A stretch of DNA of 64,000 nt from Tubulanus polymorphus. Taxonomy: Eukaryota; Animalia; Nemertea. The stretch spans positions 27,190,150 to 27,254,149 of the forward strand of contig NC_134026.1 in assembly GCF_964204645.1 (NCBI RefSeq), given 5' to 3'. The position numbers were made by a program, and so were the translations under genes. A model generated the notes under the pieces. It had not been told where the DNA came from. It was given only the letters and a program-made list of their open reading frames with translations, and did no database searches. Shown here piece by piece: positions 42,898-55,800 of the stretch; within the stretch, counting starts at the first letter, position 1; each line of letters opens with the position of its first letter.

Positions 42898-44841
42898 CGT
42901 CAACATTGCTGTTAATTGTTATTCCTCCGTTGGAATAAAATGTTTCACAAGCGATGACGTGGATTGGTATGCGATAACGTAGAATGTTCTTAGATAGGGT
43001 TCAAAGCAGTGATTATGCGCAAAAGGATTTTAGGCTTTTTCCGTTTGTCATTTGGAACTTTTTACTTCCGAAAAGAGTCGAAATATCATTCCTCATCTTG
43101 TCTGCACCAACCGTGTTCTGTATGTTCATACGGTCGTATTTTCCAAGAATGGTAGACGTCTAGGCTGCTCAACAATATATTGTTTAAACAGCGATATGCC
43201 ATGTTAAGATTGTTTTAATTCGTGAAAGATTGTTGCCAAATGATAACTGAAAAGCGATTGCGGCATCACTATAATTGTGTTGACATGTTTGGCATATATA
43301 TTCCATTTTGTTGCAGCAATTGATGTGCCGATGTTGAGAATGAAGACCATCTACAAGACGATACCATCCACAAGTCACGTGATTGATGTTAATTGACACT
43401 TCGAACTTGCCATTTCCAGAATATCTTATTTTTCTAAAGCTACGGTTGCTACCAATGTCTCTATACCAGCAAGTTTGTAAATAACAGTATACGTATATGT
43501 ATTTATCATTTCGGCTGTATCGTAGAATTTTTTGTTATGCATTCGGCTGTGTAAGGTGAATGTATTATTGTATGAGTTATATTGTGCATTTTTATATATT
43601 TTCTAATATATCGTTTCATATCATTACAATATTTTACGGGATAGACGGCATTGTTAGATGATTCAATTGTACGTACATATCATAGATATGCATAATCGAG
43701 GGGTAACTGGAAAAATCCACAACGCAATTCACTAAGGTTGAAATATATACTATGTATATATATATATATATATGTATTGGATGATTAATACAATGTATTT
43801 GAAATAATAACCAGGGTAATGAATATTTATAAGTAGGGATATATGAATATATGTGGGCTTTAGTAGGATATACGTATTGAGGACAATTTCAATTCATTGG
43901 ACTCATTATTGCTTTGAAATATCCCCAAAGGATGTGTTGTACAGTCCAAACAAATATCTACTTGTTTATTTGATAAAACAACGGAATATTGTTATTTTTT
44001 GCCAAGACGCTTTGATCGACTTTCAATGTTCAAAATCTATTTGCTTATATTATGATTATGGTTGGACATTATTGTCGTTGTGTTGTTCAATAATTGGCGG
44101 AAATGGGGCTAAAGTGATATATTATGTCTGTCTTCGAATTCTACGCAATTGTGTAAATCAATATCGGCACTTACAGAATTGGAGTGGAAAGGTTACTTGA
44201 CGATTATCCAAAATACTAAAATTACACGCCTTCAAGAATAGAAGTGCATGGCGATGCTACATTCCAACAATTTTTGTCTGTGCTTTGATACTTAAATGTC
44301 ATACGGTGAACGGATTGATTTTACTCAATAGCTATATTGGCATTTGCAGCAGAAAGCACCGGGCGCTGACTCGAAGCCATGCTAAAATCGAGTAATATGT
44401 TAATTGTGTGTTTGAAGTTGATTCCTTGTACTTATATCTAGATGTCACTTGTTTTCAAAATTCGGCTCCATTGTATCTGACAGAATGAATTTATAACAGC
44501 TTACTTGTTGTTTAAAAAGGGACGGTCTTAAGGTGAAATGGGTGGCAGATAAGACTTTAAAAACTTATATGTACATATATTTTTGTCCTTTAGCCGTAGA
44601 ATTGATTTATGTATTGAATTTGGGAGAGTGAAGTGCATTAAAGTTGTGATGTATTGTTAGTGTGGTGAAACCATGTTGTTCAGGTTATATATCATTTCTA
44701 CGATCAAACCGGTTTGATTTAAAAATTCATTAGAGAGCCGTCGCAATATCTTAACATTTCGTAATGAATGAATCACTTGAATGATTGAACATGTATATCT
44801 TCTATGTATATACATTGGATTTGATATATTCTTATACTATA

Positions 44842-44957
44842 CAGGGCCGCCGGAATCAATTCCAAGGTGGGGGCCCCTGGAGATAATAGGTGATTTAGAA
44901 TTTTCTTACAATGCCAAAACGTGAGGACATACCATTGCTCCCGGTTTCGGCGGCCCA
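44842..44957. mobile_element. Small MITE-like element, about 116 bp, in the probable 3' UTR of the MYND gene
   Basis: GC-rich inverted ends cagggccgccggaa ... ttcggcggccca in an AT-rich background. Confidence 0.5.
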
Positions 44958-45241
44958 TTAGCATACCAACATTCACAACTGCTGCATTTGTGCCATAAAG
45001 TTTTTTTCATTTGTTTGTACGTAGCCTACATGTAATGTTTTGTACAGTGCATTATACACTATTCAATAAAAACATAAAACTCCAAAAACAGTCCGTCCTA
45101 TTCATTGTCTTCACTTTTTGAGAATTAGACCCACCTATATAAAGCTGATGCACGTCAGATTTTCTTAAAATTACTGTTTCAAACATGATATTGGTATATC
45201 ATGTATATATACATGTATATACTTAAGTCCACTTATTGAAC

Positions 45242-45960
45242 TAGGAATTAGGAATTAGAATTTATCTACACTCCAACCGTTTCCATGCTACAGGGGGAGG
45301 GGGGAGATTATAAAACATACAACATTTACAAAACAACATGCAGAAAATATAAACTTTTCTTCATAAAATGTAACAAAGTTACTAACAATACATACATACA
45401 CTATTTACAATAAGTTAACCATGAGAGGGATCTATATACATCTAAGACTATTTTGATGAATTTAGCTACCTGTGTGGTTGGATTTTTAGATTATCAAGAT
45501 CACAAAATTCATTTCATTAAGTAGAGCGCAATCAAAAATTGAATGTAGTTCATCACCTAAAACATTACAAACATAGTATAATCTAATCATAGATTGCTAT
45601 CTAACTGAAGGTTTGATAATTGATTTACAGGTAAGATCCAATCCTAAATTCGGATAAACTAAATACTAAATCGTCATCAAGTTGAAAAATGTTTTATAAA
45701 GGATTGAGCTTAGTTTAGTTTGCTTTCCGGATACTGTATTCATCCACAATTAATCATTCTACGCTTGACCTCTATACATAAAGGATAACATCCTAGCTCT
45801 GATAATAGATGTAAATTACGAAAATATTTCATTAAAATCTTACAGTACAACGAGTGGGATTCTCTAATAAATCGAGATTTTCATATCCCAATACCTCGCA
45901 TCCATACATAACGATAGGAGCGACAAACATAATATCTCTGAACATGATATCTACCGGAAC
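45242..45960 (-). mobile_element. Decayed 3' fragment of a non-LTR retrotransposon (LINE)
   Basis: Minus-strand translations give FVAPIVMYGCEVLGYENLDLLE (post-RT PxxxYGCEVWG motif, about 45865-45930), CNVLGDELHSIFDC (CCHC-type knuckle remnant, about 45527-45568) and VAKFIKIV. The 3' end reads ATAAA followed by a short TTC(C)TAA tandem tail near 45242-45265. Frames are broken by stops and deletions. Confidence 0.7.
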
Positions 45961-46817
45961 TGTACCGTCATATACACATACGCCATCTCGAAGAAATTGA
46001 CTAACTACCATATTCCAGTCCTGACTAGTAGTCTGAGTGGGGGATTTCAACCATGGACTTTAAAACGAAATTTCAACGTACACAGATACCCTGGACTTAA
46101 GAATACCAAACACAATGACTTCGTCAGCCCTTTTACAACTGGCCGGTGCGGTCATTAACCCTCCAAAAATTCATTAGTAATACCTAGTTTTAACATACTT
46201 AACTCGAATGATATTCTTACTGCACTCAGAAAAACCCGATACTCGTCAATAGTTAATGCCAATCGTGTTATCAACCATGTGCAGATGATAATTTCAGATA
46301 ATTCAGTAACCTGTAATATATACTTGTATTATCCGAGATATCGTTTTCCAGCTGGTTCGGAAATATTTAATGCAACATTTTTGCCAAAAGCTGTGACTCA
46401 AGGTTTCACTCACTAAATCTATGGTTTTCGTTACCCCGTATACTATCGAACCAAATTACGAAAATAACTAATTAATTGCGTTTATGTCGAAGAAAACCCA
46501 ACTTAACGAGGACATACAATATATGATGTTTGATCTTATAAACTTAATTACAAAATTATCTTAAAATGCGGCGTCGTTTCAAAAAAGAAATCTAGTTTGA
46601 ATACACAGTACTGCGAATTCTAGGAGATGGTCCCGCGTTACAGAAGAGCGGTTTTGACTTGCAGCGCTAGCTCGATATTAGTGGCGGCATTGGTATTTCA
46701 GAATTTACACACTCTCTACTGAAAACCTACGATACGCAAGATGTTTTGTTTATGCTACCATCGGTATAATACATATTAGGATGTCATTTATGGAATAAAC
46801 CTTTGTTTTAAACTCAC

Positions 46818-49800
46818 ATGAACATGATGATGAACTCAATACAAACATTATGTATATTCCTGCTGTTTGCCACTCGTTTAACTCATGCTCTACAACAGGA
46901 ACGATCAGGTAAGAGGAAAATCCTGATTAAATAATTAGACATTGAATCAAAACTTTGTTCTAAAACGAACAAGTTTTACAACTGATTAAAAATGCCATAT
47001 AGGTATGTGTAGATGGTACGTAACAACGATTAAATACTTTTTCTTCATTTCAAACTTGAGATATACGACAAGCATAGATTAAACATTTTACACCACACTT
47101 TCTCTTCAATATCTCCGCCGCTGTCATTGAACTACTTCATTGAACGATTAAAGAACTTTCATTGAAACATACGTTCACTTCAACTTCTATCAATTCTTGA
47201 CGTACATGTATAGAGATAATATCAGCAAGAATTTAATCTTCGAAATTTTGAAATATTCACAGATTCACAAAAGCGACCTCCTATACGAGCTATTAAAAGA
47301 TTATTGAATGCAATTGATTCTGTTGAATTTTCTAGATTTATCAAACTATTAACAAAATGTAACTTCGGTAGAAATTGAATTATTGGCAAAATAATTCGTT
47401 TTTTGAAGAATATTACGGCGAAGATACATCTCTATGCTTTCGAGATCCAGAAGCTACATCGAAACGGGAATGTCGAAAAAAATGTGATACAGATGCTGAC
47501 TGTCATGGGAAAAAGAAACGTTGTATCTGCGATGGCATTTGTGGTCTAAGCTGTGTCAATCCTTGTAAGTATCACTTACAAGCTTAGTTACGATTCCTCT
47601 TGGCTCATTTTCACGACTTGTAATGTGTAATGATTTCACATACAGTCGGAAATCATGCTATGCTAAAACCGGCCTAATGTATTTAATTTTGGATGAATCG
47701 CAAACTGTTCTAGTGTCGGAGGTTGCGGCTCCCTTGAAATATTTCTGCGACGCCTGAGGCAAGGGCGGGTTGCAAATAATTTGCTCGTTATAGATCAATT
47801 TTCAGCGTTCATTTTCTTCCCCTTGAAAATTTGTTTACCGTATAAAGCAGAGTGGAGTAAATACCCTGGATGATTGATTACGAAATACCTAATTTTAATT
47901 CCGTTTAAAAATGATTTATTTGCAAAATCATTTCGATGAAAATTTATTTTCTTTTATGAATTTTCTTTTTTTCATTACTCGTCAGTCATTCGTTATTTCT
48001 AATGGGAACCGATATAAAACATCTGGAAAGTGGTTAAATTCGAAAAAATCATAATATATCCCACGAGAATCCTTTCATACGATGCTTTCTGAACAGGATC
48101 ACAAAACTGTAAATAAAATGTCATGTTTATTTGAATACGAAAACACTGCATGAAGAGCTCCATATTACATATATAATCCATGTCATGCAATACCATTCGA
48201 GTTTTCCGATATTTTTGCTATCAATGATTAATATTTAGGGAACTCTTGAAGTGGGCATACATCGGAATCTGAAGATCGACCCATTAAATTTTCGCTAAAA
48301 CTCCAGCGAACCAATCTACATGTATGTATACATTTATTGAAAGTGATTGCTGTATCGGGATAAGAGACGCCTTGTGGAAGCAAAAATCTATGGAAGTGAC
48401 AAAAAATAATCTCCATTAGGCAAAGTATGGTAAAATAACTGAAAATGACTCACTCTGCCGTTTTGTGGAACATTCTATCAGAAATGAAAAATTTGAAACG
48501 TATGGAATGCCGGTTAATTTTTACTTGGAGAGAAAGTGCATCAGCTAATAATAAATCATAGCAAAACAGGCGTGAAATGGAAGATATTTAGCGAATAGGT
48601 ACTCACGAATACCCGTTGAGTAGATACTAATTTAAACGATGAAACAAAACGAAGTAACATAAGCTAGAACTGAAACTATTAAGCAGCTGTCTTCTCTTTA
48701 CAATCAATTTCACACGGCGTTAGTTCATAACAGGTTGACAACATCAGTTGGAGAAAGGTGTGCTAGCATTGTACGTGTTTTTTCACCATCAGGCATAGTT
48801 TAGCCTAGACACACACGCAAATTAGCTTCCAATGAAGCCAGCTAATGTCATTCTTTCACGTAGGGGAATTATTTACTTAGAAGACAGATTTTTGCTTTCC
48901 TTCTCGTGGCGAATACAGAATTACCACTTAATTTCCTGTTGTTTGGCTAGTCTGCTAGCCATAATAGAATTTGTGGCCTCCAGTGTTTATGGGCAAACAT
49001 ACGTGTTTGGTATATATGTATAACGATTAGAACCCTCAAAGATGCGAAGAAATCGAAGATGATAATTAGATGATGATGATAATATCATTTATGATATTTC
49101 ACCAAGTATGTATATACCGGTACTTCTTAGATCAGTGTTACCTATTGCAACCAATTACTGACCCATTTCAACCATGATAAAATCGAATTGTTGTCTAAAT
49201 AATTCAGTACTGGGTTTTATTTAGTACATCGAAACTATGACTTCAGTCTTGGCGGTTTTGGATGGACCCTTTCACAGAGTTTTTATCATTAATGTTACAA
49301 ATACTTTCTATGTATAACAACCTCACAATGAAATTCTATTTCTACGAATCAATCGATTTGTTCATACTAGTGCTTTAGAAACAGGTCGATACATCGATAT
49401 TGCGAGTTCGACTTTCAATCAATAATAGAAAAAAAATCCGATTTGCCAAAACATGGCCAGTAGTAAAACATCTGGGTTGTGTCTATAACTGTCATCTCGT
49501 TTTAACATAAATATTAGCGCGCCGCAAAATTGAAATCAAATTCGTTTTTGTCAGACTGTTCATTACATGGCTGACAGAACTTGCATCAATTTGTCGTTTT
49601 GCGTGTACTCTGACTGCAACCTAGCATGAAGCCGGAAATGATTTCATAATGCCGGTAATAGCGAGATGCCCAATGGACCAGTAATGTGTGAAATAAGCGT
49701 ATGCGTGCGAATCGACTTCAGAATCAGTGCCACACAATCATACTAGCAGTGACAAATGATTGATGATAATACAACCGAAGGACTTAACACCGTTTTTCTG

Positions 49801-52800
49801 TCGAAATGTTCAAAATGATCATTCGAAGCGATTCTAATTTCTTAACTGTGCTTTCAATAAGTTAGTATGTTATCAGTCTTCTGAATTTGTACAACGCGGG
49901 CATTCTTTTGATCAAAATATAATGCCACGCGTTCGATCGAATGAAATAGACGCATTGATATAACAATCAGTAAAATGATGATTCACCATGCAACAAATCG
50001 TCTGCATTATTCGGCATTATTCCTCTTTTCATCTTAAAAAGCAATATTTGCGCCATTTGTGCTGAAAATGGTCGTAATGAAAGCATCGATGACGAATGCC
50101 AGAGTGAAATGTACCGCCGTTACTGATGTAGCTACTGATAATAGGGTGATGATGGTTAATATTATTGGCACTGTAGACATATCTCATTATAGTAACTTCT
50201 ATGAACAAACGTTTATCAATTATTGACAGTGTAAACATCAATGCAGAAGTCCTCATTTTGATGGAAAAATTCCGCCGCGATTCTGCATTTCAATTCGAAA
50301 AAATAACATAGTTAACAAATTTGTCTCTTTGTAGTTATTTGTTATTTGTGCAGTAATCAGATACAAAATAAAATCGAGAACACGAGTAAACACGTAGCTG
50401 TAGTGCTCAAATCATTAATACTAATTGATGATTAATTCTGATATATCGTGTATAGAAACCTCTGTATATATTGAACAGTACACAAGTAAATATCCGTATA
50501 TAACAATAATAAATGCATATTTCATTATTCTGTGGACCGTATATTTATTTACTGACTGGTGAAGTGGAATTCAAATACTTTATGTGCGGTTGTAGCATCG
50601 ACCATCTTTGATTCGTCTTCATCCTATTGTATAATTAGTTTAATTAGCTAGCCATCTGAACTTTGAGTTACTAGCGATGATTAAAGAGCGGAGTCTGTTG
50701 TTTGATAAATGATGATCTGTTAACTCTGCAGAACACGTGACCAAAGATTTTCTAGACATGATATATTAGAGGATGTGTTATTTGTAACCAATAAGTAAAA
50801 CTGCTAACCAACACCGCAAATTCACAAGTATATATATTTATATATTATACGAATGAATTCACACAAGTATCCGAAATGAGTTTTTGATTCGATAGTCCTG
50901 AAGATAGGGTGCGGCCCAATAACGGATCTTATTTGCTATGTTCTACTACTTGTTGCAATAAGTCAAGTACTTTTTAAGCTCGTATGAATTGATAATGATC
51001 ACGGGGTGGTTATACCAACGCTGCGAGACTCGAAAGATTCCATCAATGATTGGTAACCCGATAGTTTTTATGGCGCATCTCAGAAACCGTATTTTGGAGG
51101 TAGTGCGTGGAATATTATGCGGATGGGAAAGTGGCAGTAGAAGTGTTGAGACATGTCGTGGTTCGTCATTATATCAGACCACTGAAGTCGCCTCCAATGC
51201 GCACTCACGTGTAATACTTACATCGCCAATGTAAACTCATCAGACGTTACTGAAAATACCATTTCCTGACAGAAGATTCCGATGGACACGTTTCACGAGA
51301 GCAGAAATACGACGTGTAGCCAATGACATCAAAAACCAACTCGAAGTAAGAAGCTGACAGGGACAAGTTTGACAGACAGGATGATGTCGGCATGTCGAAC
51401 GCGTTGTTATCGACTTAATGTATTCGGGTAAAGAAGTGCAACACAAAGTAATGAAATGATTCAGTACGTTACCACTATTACCAAACCCATACAATCAGGC
51501 CTATTGTTAAAACAGGGCCATTAGTTTCTGGTACCAATGGATTTTTATCTACCTATATGACCCCCTCGAAACAGTTTGAAGACATAATCAACCGAAACGG
51601 TGTCTCCTCATTTGGCACAGAATGTTATCTCTCGGGAGAAAAGTGTTTTGTGGCTCTGGCACTTCTTCTTGCGTTCTTTCTGATATGTCACCCCGCATGA
51701 TTCTATTTAATGATGGTATCACCCAAAGCAAATGGCAAGACAAAATATATCAAGATTACAAGGCCTGATAACGTTCATCAATTTGCAGATGAAACGTCTT
51801 CGTAATGCCTCGAAATTGTATTAAAGATGACGAACAAGGCAGCTCTGTGTCACAGCTGAGGAATCAATAAATAAAATTATAGCGGTGATCAGTTGATGAA
51901 GCTTGATCTAAATTAGATCAGCCTCGACGTTCGTTGAGAAATACATCCGATTTCGAGGCGATTAACTTTTTAAAAATGATCAGTAATTTGCAATGTTCGC
52001 AACCACCGCATACGAGTTCCCCGAATCTATATCAGGAAGTAAAATGAGTGCACAGTCAATCACACAATGTTGCATGCTTAATTCTCAATTTTCATATTTT
52101 TCTTTCAACATTGAACACTAACAATTCCATTCCTCGATCAGACTGATCAAAATTTCAACCTTCCATTTTTGTGGTTCATTTAGCTACAATTTACTTTTCC
52201 GTTCACATCTGATGGGATGGTATATGAACAGCGGTGTGTTAGTAGTCATTGTTTCGCCTCTATACATGAATTCTCATCACGATCTGGATAAACGAACAAG
52301 GTCCGACTGTTATATATTTATAAGATCGATGTCGCGATATTCATTCCATCAAATTCATTGGCCATTATAGGTTATGTACTGAACATCCGTAGGATCAGTG
52401 GTTTACTTTATCTGATTAATCGAAAAAGTTCGTACCACGTAATTATAGTGCACAAACCTAAAGTGAAAATCTCAATTTACGATATTTTTCTGACAGTATT
52501 TCTTTTTACACGATGAAAGATGTTTCGGATATTCGCTGTTTTTTCGCGGATTTCACGTGAGCTGAAAAATCTCGAATCACATGATTGAATATTGATGAAA
52601 GCTCAAATTCGCTTGATGTAAAAAACGACATTAGTGTTTAGCGGTGTTTTTACGTGTGTTCTCAAGCCTTTAATCGGATTTGTAGAGTTTTTGTTGCATC
52701 AGTGCCGTTCCGTGCAGGCGGCTGTGTGCAGTGTAACGACTCAAATATAGCTACCCAACGGTAGTTGTGAATAGCAATATTTACCTCCACCACCGTTTCA

Positions 52801-55800
52801 TAGACATCTCTTAATTGGACTCGTGTTCTTAGTTCACCATTTAGATTATATTTGAGTCCAAGTAAAGGGATTAGTAAAGGCTTAGTGAATTTAATTACTG
52901 GTACTGGCTTACCGAATTATTTGCAGTGCTCGGTATACATATAAAGCATTACATGCGTCTCCAAAAAACGGGATGGAGTTTCACCAACAAACTATATACA
53001 GTATGACGTATTCCAGGATAAAAAAAGATACAGATTTTTGTACACAGATGTCTCCTTACAGCAGCTCATCACACCGATTTTCAGTTCTTCCAAACACAAA
53101 TGACCTGGATCTAAAATGAAGCCTATTTCACTCTTCATTAACAAAGATTCGACCATGTAAGAAAAGATTGAGGGTTGCCATTAATGTATGTTTATATACA
53201 ACACATCAATCCCCTCTCGTTAACTTCCCCTGCTTATTGTATTTAATTATCAATAGTATCGACGAATAGTAGTGACGCGTATAGATCCAAACCAGAAACA
53301 CGATAGCGCAACCAATTAAAGAATGCTCTCTGTCCTCGTTGGATATTGTTTTCCTCTCCATCGCAGTTTAAAGGACAAGTCAATGCTCGCAAAAATATCA
53401 AGACTAGATTATTAAATATTTCAGTGACGGCATGAGACTGCATTGTGACAAGCGCACCACATGCCTTGTGTAATCACCGTCATAAGAATATTTTTATGAA
53501 ATAGTTTCTGTCAGTTGCTCTCTCGTGGAGCTGTTCATAGATATTTCAATATTTGCACTGTGTATATCGGTAGACATCTGCAGTCATGCAATCAAAGATG
53601 CAATCATCGCCAGAGATGTTAACAAGCTTCTGGTGAAAGCAATAGTCCAATCAGTATATCTGTCCATTTCTTTATCATTTCGATTCATCTTTCGTCTGAA
53701 GGCTAGAAAATCGTGACGTTTTTGCGGTGGAATTGCCCGAACAATGATATAATATAGAAAAATAAATTTTTCATCATGATATACCCACTTAAGGTGACAT
53801 TGAAAGTGTGGTAACTCGAAGCATTTTTGAAACCCATAAAATCACGCAAATACCCCGCAGCGAGCCAAAGGAATTTATGAATATTCTCAGAAATAACTTG
53901 TAGGCCTATGCGTTTCCCACGCCTTTTTTTATCATTTGCTGGTGTATGTGTAAACTTTGGACAGTCAGCAGTAAATGAAGCAGAGCATGATGTCGCCTCA
54001 CCTATGCTCGTCTGCGGTATCAGCTGTAAATGAGTTATCATATAACAACAATAAAATATTCATATTTCATGCGCTATAGTTTTCCTCCGACGAACATGAA
54101 TTGATCATTATACTTGGGCAATTTCCATAATTTTACATTCGTAGTTCCCTCGAGAAAAATGCTTTTTGAGTTCGATGTTAAATTGTGTATTTCAAATCTC
54201 GGATGAGTAAATGTGTTAAAATTGATCCATAGAGGTTCCAGATGTCTCTTGATAGAAATAAGCGTTTTTACATTGAATAATTGTACATACATAACCGATA
54301 GTTGAATCATGAGGTGATGGTAAATACAAAATTTCGAAAAAGTGTTATACAGCTTGGACTTCAGATTTCTTGACTATCATTTAAAATTATTTATATATGG
54401 ATGCACCGGACGCAACAAAATAAATGAAATATTTAAAGAAGAAATATCTTGTCCAGGGGGACGTTTATGTTGACACCGCTACGCTGCATGCATTTTCTCT
54501 CGAACATAAACATCGGGTGAAGACATCGCTTGATCTGGCAGATTGAAGAATTCCCTACACATGCATCAAAAACTCTTGAAAAGCGTTCTATTGCCTTTTT
54601 ATTACAAGTCAATGTGTACACCTGCATAGGTAAATCACGGACATTAAAACATTACAACGAACAAAAACCGTTACGAAATCCTCTTGAGATAGAATACCCT
54701 GCTTGAAATTATTGACGGGAAGAGAAATGACATGAAATTCCACCTATCCATCTTTTTCAATCCATATTATACATTTTTTTTCAAATAAAAGGATAGAGAG
54801 AGGGAGAGGGAGAGGGAGAGGGAGAGGGAGAGGGAGAGGGAGAGGGAGAGGGAGAGGGAGAGGGAGAGGGAGAGGGAGAGGGAGAGGGAGAGGGAGAGGG
54901 AGAGGGATAGGGAGAGGGAGAGGGAGAGGGAGAGGGAGAGGGAGAGGGAGAGGGAGAGGGAGAGGGAGAGGGAGAGGGAGAGGGAGAGGGAGAGGGAGAG
55001 GGAGAGGGAGAGGGGGGAGAGCCATTATAGTCAAAATATACCGCACAACAGATTTTTTTCTGCCGATAAAGAGCATCAACAAAATAGGTAACAAAATATC
55101 AGAAGTTTTACTCGTAGAGCTCTGATCTAATAGAGAATAGCCGATGCTTAGTATATGCCTCATATTTTTCTTTCCATTTGATCGATCATTTACGAACATT
55201 CTTTTCATATTCTAGTGGTACGATGCGAAAGCTTAGACCAAATAAAAAATGGAAAAATTACAATAACTCCATTCAATAAGATGGGTGCAGTAGCAAAGTA
55301 CTCGTGTGAACAAGGTTTTATTCTTATGGGTGGCACAGAGAGATATTGTCAAGGCGACGGAAAATGGAGTGGTAAAATGCCTTCATGCGAAGGAGACTGT
55401 GAGTATCTATTCTTGTTTCTTCTCTTATCTATTCAATCATCTAACATTAATCGTATAGATTGTAAGATTATGAAATTGCTATTACTGGTTATATATGTAC
55501 AAAATTTCTATAAATCATCCCGAAATTATGCAGCGACGATACTGCAATATGAATCGTTTTAAGTGGTTATTGAAATATCTGAACGGAATAAACCGATCTT
55601 CCGGTTTTCGAAAATGTGCGCGCTCATCGGGACCAACGACTTCCTGCAAACTCTCACCATTCAGGGGGTTTTGCCTGATAAATAATGCATCACGTACATC
55701 AATGCGTTGTTATATACACACATATTTTTTTGCAAATGATTAATATTTTAGCAAATTATGGTCATCTTCTGCGAGACCAATCAGTCCAACCATTGGGTAG

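Noticed and set aside
46030-46155. Minus-strand A-box/B-box-like pieces (GGCCAGTTGTA..., GGTTGAAATCCCC) suggesting a tRNA or SINE head
   Set aside because: The spacing is too long and no cloverleaf can be folded; at best a decayed SINE.
54744-55208. 154-aa minus-strand ORF with poly-(PL)
   Set aside because: It is a translation of the (GGGAGA)n repeat inside a lev-9-like intron.
47565-55215. Possible nested gene or conserved microRNA in the 7.6-kb lev-9-like intron
   Set aside because: The short ORFs lack motifs and coherent splice chains, and I recognised no conserved bilaterian miRNA sequence. An Infernal/Rfam or RNA-seq check would be needed to exclude one.
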